Positions 17,535-27,499 of a stretch of 64,000 nucleotides of DNA are shown piece after piece. The translations under genes were made by a program, and so were the position numbers. Below the pieces are notes generated by a model. The model had not been told where the DNA came from. It ran no database searches and saw only the letters and a list, made by a program, of their open reading frames with translations. The stretch covers positions 150,527 through 214,526 of the IMG/VR virus record IMGVR_UViG_3300024308_000188. The stretch is one strand, 5' to 3'. Each line of letters opens with the position of its first letter. The stretch's first letter is position 1.

Positions 17535-18902
17535 GTGTCTAAGAAATTGTTTTCGCCACTAGCGGAAATGACTTTGTTAAAGACGATAACCGACACTGAC
17601 GTTCCAGAAAAACAAAGAACAATGTTGCTTGCAAAAACTGATGCAAGTCTTTTTCATACACCTGCAACAAAGAAAGCTTTCTTGCGTGTGAAAAAATTGA
17701 CTGAAGCAAAGCAACGTGTTCCTGTTTGGGATGATATAGTTGATGATCCTACGTTCGATGCAAAAGTCCGAGAATTTTTAGCGGACTCAGATGCTAAGCC
17801 TGTAAAAAGTAAAATAAAGGCAAGGACTCTAATTGAGCGTTTAGATCGTTACCGCAAATTACGCGGTCTATTTGATATGGGAAAGGATATTATTTCCTAT
17901 TTCGATTTACAGGATTCTTTAGATCCTGAAGAACTTGCAGATAAGTTAGCGCTTCAACTAGCCAATAACCGTAAAGAGTTTGGAAAGCAACAAGAAATAC
18001 ACACGTTTGGTGTTGGTGGATCTATTCGTGCTTTGGTACGCAGAACTTTGCATAAACCAACAGAACGAATGTACAAAACTGGTTACGCAGATTACGATAG
18101 GCGTAATGGTGGATTGCCGACAACTGGAGTTATGTTACTTGCTGGTACAACGAGCGGTGGTAAATCCGTTCTCGCATCAAACTTGGAACATAATCTAACT
18201 TCTTTAAATTCTGGACTTTCAGCTATCAAGATAACTCTTGAAATGACGGCAGAGCAAGAAACCAACAGGGTTCTTTCAATGCTTACTGGAATTCCATTAT
18301 GGAAGTTCAAACAAAATAAGCTTACTAAACAGGAGAAGAAAAGAATAGAACGTGCTGCCTTAAAGCACGATAAGAAACTGAAAAAACTTGGCAGCAAATT
18401 TAGTTATTCGAGTCCTGATGGTTCAATGACGATAGATGATGTCATTAACATGGTCAAACCTTTTGGTTACAATGTTGTTATTCTCGACTACATTAGTTTG
18501 CTTGAAGGTGTTGACGATGATAACCAGTGGCGTATGCTAAGCGCTATTTGTCGTAAAGCAAAAGTTTATGCAACAGAATTCAAAGTGTTGTTTATAATTC
18601 TTGCTCAGTTAGATAGCGATAGTAACAATCTGAGATATTCTCGTGGTATGAAAGAACACGCTGACATTGTGTGGACTTGGAACTATAGTAAACCTGAAGT
18701 TCGTGCTACGAAGATATTACCAATCGATGTTGTTAAAGCGCGTGACGGTGAATTATTCCGTCTTGAGTTGCAAGAGACATTTGAAACAATGCGTGTTTCA
18801 AACTTACCCGGAGTTGCAGGTTCTCAATTTGGAGCAAGCGCTGCTGGCGGGTCTGACGTTGATGAAGATGATGAAGATGCTGGTCTTAATGCTTTATCGT
18901 AA
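17535..18902 (+). CDS. dnaB: DnaB-like replicative helicase
   Basis: Walker A AGTTSGGKS, TLEM, Walker B VVILDYISLL, LAQL, EHADIV, VKARDGE. Confidence 0.9.
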   Translation: MSKKLFSPLAEMTLLKTITDTDVPEKQRTMLLAKTDASLFHTPATKKAFLRVKKLTEAKQRVPVWDDIVDDPTFDAKVREFLADSDAKPVKSKIKARTLIERLDRYRKLRGLFDMGKDIISYFDLQDSLDPEELADKLALQLANNRKEFGKQQEIHTFGVGGSIRALVRRTLHKPTERMYKTGYADYDRRNGGLPTTGVMLLAGTTSGGKSVLASNLEHNLTSLNSGLSAIKITLEMTAEQETNRVLSMLTGIPLWKFKQNKLTKQEKKRIERAALKHDKKLKKLGSKFSYSSPDGSMTIDDVINMVKPFGYNVVILDYISLLEGVDDDNQWRMLSAICRKAKVYATEFKVLFIILAQLDSDSNNLRYSRGMKEHADIVWTWNYSKPEVRATKILPIDVVKARDGELFRLELQETFETMRVSNLPGVAGSQFGASAAGGSDVDEDDEDAGLNALS

Positions 18903-18911
18903 ACTTAGATA

Positions 18912-18932
18912 AGAGGCACATTTTGTGCCTCT
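18912..18932 (+). terminator. Hairpin AGAGGCACA-ttt-TGTGCCTCT after dnaB
   Basis: 9-bp stem; weak T tail. Confidence 0.55.
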
Positions 18933-18954
18933 ATTCTTTGGGGAAATAAAAAAT

Positions 18955-19764
18955 ATGTTTAGTTCACCAGAAAATAGTCCTTATGGAGTGTTGCCAGAAC
19001 ATACAATACCTTTGGTTGAAATAGAAGAATCTTTGTGTGAACCTTATATTCATGGTCAAACAGTAAAAGTCAAAAAGCTTCCAAGGTTTCAACCAGTATG
19101 TCACATTATAATTCGCCCACCTGAAGCCAAACAAGTTGTTGTAGAAGAAAGTTTCGAGCAAGATTTTATTCAACAAAAATACACAACTGTAGATCTCAGC
19201 AAACTTTCTCGCTACAAAAGAACAGCCGAACAAAAAGAAGTCATGCAGGAAGTTGACATCGAAGTTGATATTTCTCCACCTGACAATCTGATACGTTTAA
19301 AAACTGCCCATATAAAAAACTTTCCTAAAATACTTCAAACTAAATCAGGTTTGATAAAAGATGTTTTTATAAAAGAATATCTTCCTCAAATTTTAGGTAT
19401 TGATGAAGCTTCTGCTTATGTAGAGGCATTCGCAAAAGACGGACTCGGCTTATCTGAATTTGAGATAAGCGTTGATATGATTCCATATATTCATAACGCG
19501 ATCAAGACTGATTTCGTTAGCCTTATCCTAAAACAATTGACTAACCTAAGTGAAGAAACCCGACAAGCTTATATTATAGGTTATGTAACTGATGCTCTTG
19601 CATCTGCGCGTTATCTAGCTAAAAATAATCTTGCGGCTCAACAGCACAGACGTTACCAAGAAAGACTGGACAATCCTGCCGGATATGTTGCTGGCGTTGG
19701 AATGAAAAAATCTAAGGTAATTCGTGATGGTAAAGCAGATAAAGAAAAAGAAGCCAATAGGTAA
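18955..19764 (+). CDS. Hypothetical protein upstream of terminase (positional candidate for small terminase)
   Basis: ATG 18955 preferred because GTG 18925 lies inside the hairpin; function is positional inference only. Confidence 0.7.
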   Translation: MFSSPENSPYGVLPEHTIPLVEIEESLCEPYIHGQTVKVKKLPRFQPVCHIIIRPPEAKQVVVEESFEQDFIQQKYTTVDLSKLSRYKRTAEQKEVMQEVDIEVDISPPDNLIRLKTAHIKNFPKILQTKSGLIKDVFIKEYLPQILGIDEASAYVEAFAKDGLGLSEFEISVDMIPYIHNAIKTDFVSLILKQLTNLSEETRQAYIIGYVTDALASARYLAKNNLAAQQHRRYQERLDNPAGYVAGVGMKKSKVIRDGKADKEKEANR

Positions 19765-22675
19765 AGCCAAAAAACCTAGTGCAATTAAACCATTAGATGA
19801 TTTATTCAATTTGTTGGGTGAAGATGACGATGAAAGCGTCACAATAGTACATGACGACGATGACGACGATGATGGCCATCATTTTAAGCATGATTTAGAA
19901 GATGGCCATGAAGTCTTAGATCTCGAACAACTTATATATGATGAACTGGATAATGCTAGGCCGATCTCTAAAGATTTGCGTATAGACGACAGTTCTATGC
20001 CGATAGCAAAAAACTTCTTACAGTTTGCTAATGATGAAAGTTTTCTTAGTTCCACGCCTTATCTCGAACAGGCCATAATAGGTATCAAACTTTTTGCTGA
20101 GTATTGTCCAAGACCTGAATGTTCTGATTTAAAATGGTTTTCTGATGATGGACATTCGGCAGATGAACCATTAGCAACACTTTCCAGAAAAGTGTCTCTT
20201 TTACATCATGGTGTTTGTCCAAAGTGTGGCGCACGTAAATCCGAACTTATTGCAAGTGGTGAACTAAATTTCTATAACGAACTTGTAGTTGTTGCTGGAC
20301 AGCGTTGTGTTACTGGCGATACTCATATTTTCACTGGAAAAGGTATTGAAAGAATTGGAGATCTTGTTCCGCGCAATGCTAAACAAGGTTACAATGATTT
20401 TAAATATCCTGTATTCAACGGTGAAAAGCTTGAGACAACAAAAGAATTTTATATAACGAAAGCCGAACACGTTTACACACTACAGCTGGATAATGGATCT
20501 ACTTTAAGTGGAACTCTTGACCATCCTGTTCGTGTTGAAAAGTTTGGTTATCGTGCTTTGCACCAAATAAAAGCTGGTGAGCAAGTTGTTGTACAAACCG
20601 GACAAAATTGTTGGGGAAATTTAAACTGCCCTTATACAGTTGATGAATTACGCTCTATAGGATCTGATATTACAAATCGACTAGACTTGTTGGTTGATAC
20701 AGTAGCTGGTAAAGGCTTACATCCAGATCTTTTAAAATACAGTATGAAAAATTGTCGAGAATTTCTACGTGGAGTATTCGACAACAACACAACGCAATAT
20801 CCTGTTGCTTACCACCAATTAGTAAAAGATGTTTATGCCTTGCTGCTAAACATTGGCATTCTGCCTACAATTCAAAATACCTCAGAAACAATCTCCATTT
20901 CTATCTCAAACGAAAACCGAAATATATTATTTGATGATCACAGATCCGTCAAAAGAAATCGGCATCTTTTATCCGTTGTTAGCTGCGGAGTTACAGATAG
21001 AACTGAAGTCATGTACGATGTTACAATGCCTATCACACAACATTTTATTACCAATGGCATTGATTCACATAACAGCGGCAAGTCTGCGGTTGTTACCATG
21101 ATAAGTGCTTATATAGTGCATTTGTTTTTGATGTGTGGTAAGCCCACTGAACTTTTCAATATTCGTAATAACGAAATATTGCATGGAACTTTCCTTGCGC
21201 TTACACTTGGACAAGCAACACAAAACTTATGGGAACCTTTTCTCGGTTACATAAATAATAGTCCTTGGTTTAAAGCTTATCACTTAATGCTTCGTCGTTA
21301 TGAAAAGAAATACGGAGAAGTTCTACTAAAGCTAAAAGATACCTTTATTGATTATCGTCATAGAAACCTTAAACTTTATCCGGCAACTCCAGACAAACGT
21401 GTACTTCGTGGTCGTACTCGTATACTCGGAGCCCTGGATGAACTTGGGTGGTTTGATTCTAATCGTGATAGTAAAAAAGTTAAGGATAACGCGCACGAAG
21501 TTTATAAAGCAATGTCAAACAGTTTGGCTACTGCCAGACAAAGTGAAAAGCGTTTAGTCGAACAAGGCTTTGATCAATTCATGTTAACCGGATATATGTT
21601 GAACGTAAGTTCTCCAAATAATATCCGTGACAAAATCATGGAACTTTATAAACAAAGTTTGGGCAGTCGTAAGATGCTTGGCCTTCATCGTCCAACATGG
21701 AAAATGAATCCACATATTCCATTTGATGGTGAATTGATACGTGAAGAATATCGTAAAGATCCTATTGGAGCTGCACGAGACTTTGGAGCCGAGCCAAGTT
21801 TATCAAGTAATCCGTTTATGAGTAATCACAGATTACTTGAAGAGACTGTTAGAACTAGCGGTAAAAATTGGGTTAAATATGCGCTCAAAACTATTCGTAT
21901 CAGTCGAGACGAAAAGCACAGAACCGTTGAGTTACTTAACGTCAAACAAAATGGCTCTAGGAGTGTTATGGCTATTGATGCTGGATTCTCTAACAACTGT
22001 TTTGCCATAGTCTGTGGATCTTTGCATGATGGTATTCCTCACATGGATTGCCTTTTAGAAATAAATGCTCTTCCTGGTATTCCAATAAGTTTCACTTCTG
22101 TTTTTGCAGATGCTGTACTTCCACTTATTGAACAGCGCAATTGCAGTATTCTTTTGGCAGACCGTTGGAATAGTATCAAGTTATTGCAAGATGCTCAAGC
22201 CACCTATGATAGTTTAAAAGTGTCAGGTCAATATAGCTTACGCTACAACGATATGTACGAAGTTAAAACAGCTATTGAAATGGGTCAATTCAAAATACCA
22301 AACATTGAAGATCCTAGCATTAAAAATATCCTTGCTAGTAACCTCGATGATTATCCAGCGTGTTTTGAAGGTAGACCTGTACATCATTTGCTGCTGCAAC
22401 TTGCAACCGTTGTTGATGTTGGTAAGAAATCTGTTGAAAAAGGAAATGGATTCACCGATGATCTTTGGAGAGCAGCCGCGCTTTGTTATTTTGGTTTAAC
22501 TAATCCAGATTATCAAGAGCATTTGGTTGGTGAGGTTGAAAGTAAAAAAGTTCAACCACCGTTAGCCCTGTTGAAGAAACTCACGGGCGGAATGAATGCG
22601 CTTACTGTTACAACCGGAAACAAAACGTATTCGGGTTCGACAAAATTCATCGGTGTAAAACGAACAGGAAAATAA
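19724..22675 (+). CDS. terL: Terminase large subunit, intein-containing
   Basis: Walker A GQR|SGKS split by intein; Walker B LGALDE; nuclease AIDAG, LADRW, DDLWRA; portal-like gene downstream. Confidence 0.9.
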   Translation: MMVKQIKKKKPIGKAKKPSAIKPLDDLFNLLGEDDDESVTIVHDDDDDDDGHHFKHDLEDGHEVLDLEQLIYDELDNARPISKDLRIDDSSMPIAKNFLQFANDESFLSSTPYLEQAIIGIKLFAEYCPRPECSDLKWFSDDGHSADEPLATLSRKVSLLHHGVCPKCGARKSELIASGELNFYNELVVVAGQRCVTGDTHIFTGKGIERIGDLVPRNAKQGYNDFKYPVFNGEKLETTKEFYITKAEHVYTLQLDNGSTLSGTLDHPVRVEKFGYRALHQIKAGEQVVVQTGQNCWGNLNCPYTVDELRSIGSDITNRLDLLVDTVAGKGLHPDLLKYSMKNCREFLRGVFDNNTTQYPVAYHQLVKDVYALLLNIGILPTIQNTSETISISISNENRNILFDDHRSVKRNRHLLSVVSCGVTDRTEVMYDVTMPITQHFITNGIDSHNSGKSAVVTMISAYIVHLFLMCGKPTELFNIRNNEILHGTFLALTLGQATQNLWEPFLGYINNSPWFKAYHLMLRRYEKKYGEVLLKLKDTFIDYRHRNLKLYPATPDKRVLRGRTRILGALDELGWFDSNRDSKKVKDNAHEVYKAMSNSLATARQSEKRLVEQGFDQFMLTGYMLNVSSPNNIRDKIMELYKQSLGSRKMLGLHRPTWKMNPHIPFDGELIREEYRKDPIGAARDFGAEPSLSSNPFMSNHRLLEETVRTSGKNWVKYALKTIRISRDEKHRTVELLNVKQNGSRSVMAIDAGFSNNCFAIVCGSLHDGIPHMDCLLEINALPGIPISFTSVFADAVLPLIEQRNCSILLADRWNSIKLLQDAQATYDSLKVSGQYSLRYNDMYEVKTAIEMGQFKIPNIEDPSIKNILASNLDDYPACFEGRPVHHLLLQLATVVDVGKKSVEKGNGFTDDLWRAAALCYFGLTNPDYQEHLVGEVESKKVQPPLALLKKLTGGMNALTVTTGNKTYSGSTKFIGVKRTGK
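20306..21073 (+). mobile_element. Intein (256 aa) with degenerate LAGLIDADG remnant
   Basis: Starts CVTGDTHI, block B TLDHP, ends FITNGIDSHN followed by Ser; remnant EFLRGVFDNN..LVKDVYALLLNIGI. Confidence 0.9.
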
Positions 22676-22681
22676 ATTGAT

Positions 22682-22704
22682 TAGGGGATAAACTTTATCC
22701 CCTA
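22682..22704. promoter_or_regulatory. 23-bp palindrome TAGGGGATAAA-C-TTTATCCCCTA
   Basis: 11-bp arms, 1-nt centre, directly before AGGAG SD of the next gene. Confidence 0.55.
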
Positions 22705-22717
22705 TCAGGAGAAACCT

Positions 22718-23401
22718 ATGTCAAATCAATATGTCTATAGTGCTAAGCAGCACTCAGACTTTCTGCAAAAACATAATGTACTTAAAGCCGCAAATTTTCT
22801 TGAGTTTGTCTCTGCCCCTCAGTTTTTAGGGCAATCTGTTATTTGGGAAAAGATGTCTACTGCAAGTGTAATGGACTACGCACACAAAATTACATTTTTT
22901 CAAAATAGTGTAATGGGTGATGTTAACTATTATGAAGCATTATTTTTATATGCGATACATACTCAAATAACAACACTCAATTTTCACGAACACAACGCAC
23001 AACCTAAACACCTTTATTTGTGTCGTACTGAACGTGCATATATGTTCAATCGATTCAAAGATATTTTCCGAGATAGTCCTTGGTTCTCAAATTTACTTAA
23101 ATCATTGGCTGAATACAATAGCAATTCTTTTAAAGCCCTAACAATTAAAGACTGTGACATGGAATTCTCTTTGTGTGGGAATTTAGTTATTCGATTTGTT
23201 GGAGCTATTAACACAGATAATGATCTAAGATTGATGCGCGGTAAATTCATTGTAGGTATTCTGAACTTCCAAAGTTCGCTATTTCCTAGTGTGAAATTGC
23301 CTTATGAAAAACCTCGCCTTATCTATGATAAGTTTTTGTCCGAAAATGTAGATCCTGCTGATTTGCCGTATTTGCCATACATAAACGCTTGTTTAGAATA
23401 A
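22718..23401 (+). CDS. Degenerate paralogue of the terminase ATPase N-terminal region (no Walker A)
   Basis: AANFLEFV..FL vs TerL AKNFLQFA..FL; FRDSPWFS vs INNSPWFK; DLRLMRGK vs DKRVLRGR. Confidence 0.6.
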   Translation: MSNQYVYSAKQHSDFLQKHNVLKAANFLEFVSAPQFLGQSVIWEKMSTASVMDYAHKITFFQNSVMGDVNYYEALFLYAIHTQITTLNFHEHNAQPKHLYLCRTERAYMFNRFKDIFRDSPWFSNLLKSLAEYNSNSFKALTIKDCDMEFSLCGNLVIRFVGAINTDNDLRLMRGKFIVGILNFQSSLFPSVKLPYEKPRLIYDKFLSENVDPADLPYLPYINACLE

Positions 23402-23457
23402 GTAGGGTACATGCTCTAATTCGATAATTTAAGGGTATAAACACAAGGAAACTGATC

Positions 23458-23694
23458 ATGAACCAAACTCAAAGAAAAAAGCCTTTAGATCCATTCGCAC
23501 TTGTTAAACAGCAAAAGCTTTCAAGTGAAAGTAGTGCGATTAAGAGTGAAAGTAGTGTAGATAACACTCGTGCTGGTGTGTGTCCAAAGTGTGGTGTTCC
23601 TATGGATATAGTTAAAGCTAACACACATAGCATGAGCACAGTGGATGCTTATATGTGCGCTCCATGTTGCGTGGTTACACCTATTCCTGCGTAA
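23458..23694 (+). CDS. Small zinc-ribbon protein
   Basis: GVCPKCG...CAPCC; AAGGA SD. Confidence 0.75.
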   Translation: MNQTQRKKPLDPFALVKQQKLSSESSAIKSESSVDNTRAGVCPKCGVPMDIVKANTHSMSTVDAYMCAPCCVVTPIPA

Positions 23695-23706
23695 CATCCA
23701 CTAAAT

Positions 23707-23715
23707 CTGTAAATA
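23707..23715 (+). promoter_or_regulatory. CTGTAAATA motif inside ATCTGTAA/TTACAGAT inverted repeat (23705-23726), upstream of portal
   Basis: Intergenic; motif recurrence. Confidence 0.55.
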
Positions 23716-23740
23716 CAATTACAGATATGGAGAATACATA

Positions 23741-25675
23741 ATGTTCAGTTTTAAGAAAACAATTCCTTCCACTTCTCGAAGTCGAGATCAAGAAGGGTTA
23801 GGTACGTCATCTAAAGATCGTGTTAGTGTTCGCAAAGCTGCTGAGGCAGAACAAAAGAAAACACGATCCGAACAACAAGGCTTCAGATCTGAAAGTAACG
23901 CTTCAGCTGGCGCACGTATGAGTAGTTTAGACGTAAACTTAGATACCTCTTTATTGTTAGAAGGTATGGACAGTGATTTAAAAGATCAGCAACTGTTCAG
24001 AGTTTATCGTGATATGTACTGGCACGATCCTGTTTGTGGATCTTGTGCAGATTTATACTCAACACTTCCTTTTTCTGAATTTAGTTTGGCCGGAGCTTCG
24101 GACAAATATTTAGATCAATACAGAGAAGTAGTTGAACTCTTGAATCTGCGTACAGCAATGCCTCGTATTAGTATTGACCATCAAGTTACTGGCGCATTCA
24201 CTGCAACTATTTTGTACAACAGCCAGAAAAAGCAATTCATTGATTTGATGTGTCACAAATATGAAAACCTTACCGTACACTCTTTGCCATTATTTGGTCA
24301 AGATCCAATAATGTACTTGCAGCTTGATGCTGATATGAAACGTACTTTGGGTTTGCCTTCAAAACGCATAGAGCAAATACGTCAAAGTCTTGGTATAGAA
24401 TTTTTTAACAAACTACTCAACGATCAAATTGAATTAGATCCAGTAGGTACTTTGTATGTTCCACGTAAAACTTTCTCTTATGGTGAAGGTGTTAGTTACT
24501 TTAAACGAGTGCTTCCACTTTGGTTGATTGAGAAAAATTTATATCGCGGAACACTGATTGAAAGTGGACGTAGACAACGAGCCATACTTCACTTAATGTT
24601 AGGTGAAGAAGGTTGGGAACCTACACCACAAGATTACGAACAAGCAACTGATTTATTTCTTGATGCTGATGCTGATCCTATAGGTGCTGTTGTCGCAACA
24701 CGTTTAGGTATTAGCGTTAGCGAGTTAAGACCAGGTGGTGACTTTTGGAAAGTTACTGACATTTGGGATCAAACAACTCCAGCAAAAATGAGAGCGCTTG
24801 GAATAAGTGAAGCTTTCTTGAGTGGTGACGCAAGTTATCAAACAATGGAAGGCTCAATGACTGTTTTCACTGAAACAATGAGAGCATATCGTGATATGCA
24901 AACTCGTTGCATTTTCTACGATAAAGTATTTCCGTTAGTTTCTATGATGCACGGTAATACAATTCGTAAAGGTAAGATTGTTAAACGTGAAGGCTTGATG
25001 TCTGGAACTACAGAAGAACGCTTACGTTTAATGCAAGATGGTTCAAAACTTTTAATTCCAAATGTACATTGGGCAAAAAGTTTAAAGCCTGAGCAAGATC
25101 AATCTTATATGGAAATTCTTGATCGTATGACTGCTGCTGGAATTCCAGTTCCAATACGAATGATGGCTGCTGCTGGTGGATTTAACTTGGATCAGCTGTT
25201 ATTAAATCAAGATGAAGATTTTGCTATTCAACGTCAACTTCTTGATTACAAAAAACGTGTTGCCGATATGACCGCTAAATATGCTGCTGCCGAAGGCGGT
25301 GGCGCTGAAGGCGGTGGCGGAGGAATGGGATCTTTCAGTTCTTCAAGTTCTGATCGTTATTTCAATCCAGATCGTTATCTCGATAAAGTAACTGCACAGC
25401 CACGGGGATTCAGTAATATTCTTGGAGGTGCTTCGCAAAATCTTTTACGTCACGATTTTGGTGAAGGAAGCGAGTTATATACTCACGATCATAGCGGTAA
25501 GAAAAAGCATGTATTTAATCAGACTGCGAAAAACAAGATGATCAATGCCAAAATTACAAAAGCCTTAGTTGCTATGAGTAAGAGTGGTAATGCACCATTG
25601 TTAACGCACGAAACAACGACAAATTTAAAGCCAACGCAAAGAGAAATGCAACGGCTTCTTGGAGTAGTTAAATGA
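23741..25675 (+). CDS. Portal protein (probable)
   Basis: Position after terL; 644 aa; YRDMYWHDPVCGSCAD, RALGISEAFLSG portal-like pattern. Confidence 0.7.
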   Translation: MFSFKKTIPSTSRSRDQEGLGTSSKDRVSVRKAAEAEQKKTRSEQQGFRSESNASAGARMSSLDVNLDTSLLLEGMDSDLKDQQLFRVYRDMYWHDPVCGSCADLYSTLPFSEFSLAGASDKYLDQYREVVELLNLRTAMPRISIDHQVTGAFTATILYNSQKKQFIDLMCHKYENLTVHSLPLFGQDPIMYLQLDADMKRTLGLPSKRIEQIRQSLGIEFFNKLLNDQIELDPVGTLYVPRKTFSYGEGVSYFKRVLPLWLIEKNLYRGTLIESGRRQRAILHLMLGEEGWEPTPQDYEQATDLFLDADADPIGAVVATRLGISVSELRPGGDFWKVTDIWDQTTPAKMRALGISEAFLSGDASYQTMEGSMTVFTETMRAYRDMQTRCIFYDKVFPLVSMMHGNTIRKGKIVKREGLMSGTTEERLRLMQDGSKLLIPNVHWAKSLKPEQDQSYMEILDRMTAAGIPVPIRMMAAAGGFNLDQLLLNQDEDFAIQRQLLDYKKRVADMTAKYAAAEGGGAEGGGGGMGSFSSSSSDRYFNPDRYLDKVTAQPRGFSNILGGASQNLLRHDFGEGSELYTHDHSGKKKHVFNQTAKNKMINAKITKALVAMSKSGNAPLLTHETTTNLKPTQREMQRLLGVVK

Positions 25676-26457
25676 AGTTAGTCCGTGACCTTTTTTATAA
25701 AGGAACTGCGGCAATATCTGACTGGCTTGTATTCCACCGATTCATTCGTCAGCCATTATCTTTCTTTGAGGATAATCTGAGGAAAGGAATTTTGTCTGAA
25801 GTAAAAGCAATTGAAGATATTCTCTTTGCTTTTACTTCAGAACATTCCGCTTGGTTTACAGACAGACACTTCAATCAATACGGTGCATTTATGTGCCGTG
25901 ATTTGATAAACAAAGAACTTTTCGATATAAATGATTATGTAGCTACGGATCTATATGATGCTGTGGCGCGGTCATCCATCAAAAGTAATTTTTCAGTTGA
26001 AGTGCAAAAGATGGTTGCTGAGCTTTCTAAGAAATTTTCAGAAGATCCTCGTTTCCAAAACACAACAACTGAAACTTATTTGAATTTATTTCACAGAACG
26101 CTACCTTTATTGTTTTTGAGATTTTTTGCACCAAAAGATTTGGTGAATTTCTCTAACAATTTCTTATATGCTATCGCAGCATTAGTAGCGTTTGATCGTA
26201 AAGGCTACTCAGAGTTTACCTCACCTGAAGCCATAAAAACAAAAACCTTTCTTGAGGATTTTTTGTTTGAAGTTGTCAACGATAGCTTTCACATATACAG
26301 CTACAATTTTTATATGGTTGTGCGTCGTATGTTTCCTGAAAGAATGTCTAACAGAATGGCAACCGTGCAATTCAAATTCAAATCCCTTCAAAGTGATAAT
26401 TACATATATGCGCCAAAACGCATGGTTAGTGATGTTGCCCTGTTCAGGAGAAAATGA
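25672..26457 (+). CDS. Hypothetical protein
   Basis: 261 aa; 4-nt overlap with portal end. Confidence 0.75.
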   Translation: MKLVRDLFYKGTAAISDWLVFHRFIRQPLSFFEDNLRKGILSEVKAIEDILFAFTSEHSAWFTDRHFNQYGAFMCRDLINKELFDINDYVATDLYDAVARSSIKSNFSVEVQKMVAELSKKFSEDPRFQNTTTETYLNLFHRTLPLLFLRFFAPKDLVNFSNNFLYAIAALVAFDRKGYSEFTSPEAIKTKTFLEDFLFEVVNDSFHIYSYNFYMVVRRMFPERMSNRMATVQFKFKSLQSDNYIYAPKRMVSDVALFRRK

Positions 26458-26837
26458 TGGAACTTTCTTGGTCAGAATTTCTGAAGAAATTTGAGGAAAA
26501 AGAATCTGGATCGAACATACGCTTGCTTATTCAAGATGTGAATTTACCTGCGTTTTGTGTTGGGATTATTTTTAGAAGCAATCAAGGAGTGCTAGAACCT
26601 ATTGTTAGATTCTTCACTACAAAAGACGCGACTGATGCACTACAAGCAAATGCCGAGAATCTCGTTTCTTTAAATTCGTGCTATGTAATTCCACACGTTC
26701 TTTACTATCCGGCTGGTTTGCTGGTTAATCGTGTAATGGCTTGGATGTCAGGATCTACAACTCTTGCTGGTGTTCCGTTTAATTCAATGCAATACAAAAC
26801 AACATTGACATACAGGGATCATAAACAAGATGAATAA
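26454..26837 (+). CDS. Hypothetical protein
   Basis: 127 aa; ATGA coupling; AGGAG SD. Confidence 0.75.
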   Translation: MMELSWSEFLKKFEEKESGSNIRLLIQDVNLPAFCVGIIFRSNQGVLEPIVRFFTTKDATDALQANAENLVSLNSCYVIPHVLYYPAGLLVNRVMAWMSGSTTLAGVPFNSMQYKTTLTYRDHKQDE

Positions 26838-27099
26838 TGAAGAGTTAAATGCCGCTTGGTCAGAACTTACAAAACAGCCTGTTAAAGCTTGGGCAGAAGA
26901 TCAGGTTAAACTTGATTTAAGCTTTATAACCGATCTTGAGTTGCAAGTTAAGATTGCAACAAGCTTTAGCGGATCTGTTTCTGAACAATTTTATAAGTTG
27001 CCTTCTAGTCAACAAGATGCTTACTTGTTTTATTTTATGATGGCAACCATACCGAACAAACTGCTTATGCAAGCAGTTTTATCTCAACTTAAAAAGTAA
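26830..27099 (+). CDS. Hypothetical protein
   Basis: 89 aa; overlapping start. Confidence 0.7.
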   Translation: MNNEELNAAWSELTKQPVKAWAEDQVKLDLSFITDLELQVKIATSFSGSVSEQFYKLPSSQQDAYLFYFMMATIPNKLLMQAVLSQLKK

Positions 27100-27107
27100 A
27101 GGAAGTA

Positions 27108-27485
27108 ATGATGGAAACTTTGTTTGATTTTTCTCAGGTTGATTTGAGTTCTGCCCCTGCACTGGTTATATTACCTGTTGGAAATTTCAATGGGGAAGAT
27201 CTGGAAACCTTAAAACGCTTTGAACAAGAGTACGATAAATACGTAAATCTTGGTGAGATCGTTAACTACGAAACAGCTGAAATTTTAGTGGATGCTTTTG
27301 GTGAATTTCAGGAAGAAAACGAATTGTATGTTGGTGACGAATCTTCAGCTGAAGAAGATGGTGTTGAAAACATTGCAATGATTTCAGGCGTTACGTTATT
27401 AGCGCTTGGTACTCGTCAAACCATTTTGATTACAATCATACCGTCCTTTGAAGATGCTGAATCTGAAGAAGATGACTTTGAATAA
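27108..27485 (+). CDS. Small acidic hypothetical protein
   Basis: AAGGA SD; D/E-rich; ends DDFE like 7010-7477 (DFDFE). Confidence 0.75.
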   Translation: MMETLFDFSQVDLSSAPALVILPVGNFNGEDLETLKRFEQEYDKYVNLGEIVNYETAEILVDAFGEFQEENELYVGDESSAEEDGVENIAMISGVTLLALGTRQTILITIIPSFEDAESEEDDFE

Positions 27486-27499
27486 CAGTTAACCCAAGG

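Noticed and set aside
6149-23440. GGTATAAAC at ~6152 and ~23433 (and GGTATAAT ~11231) as a second promoter class
   Set aside because: Only two exact copies in AT-rich DNA with no convincing -35; insufficient support.
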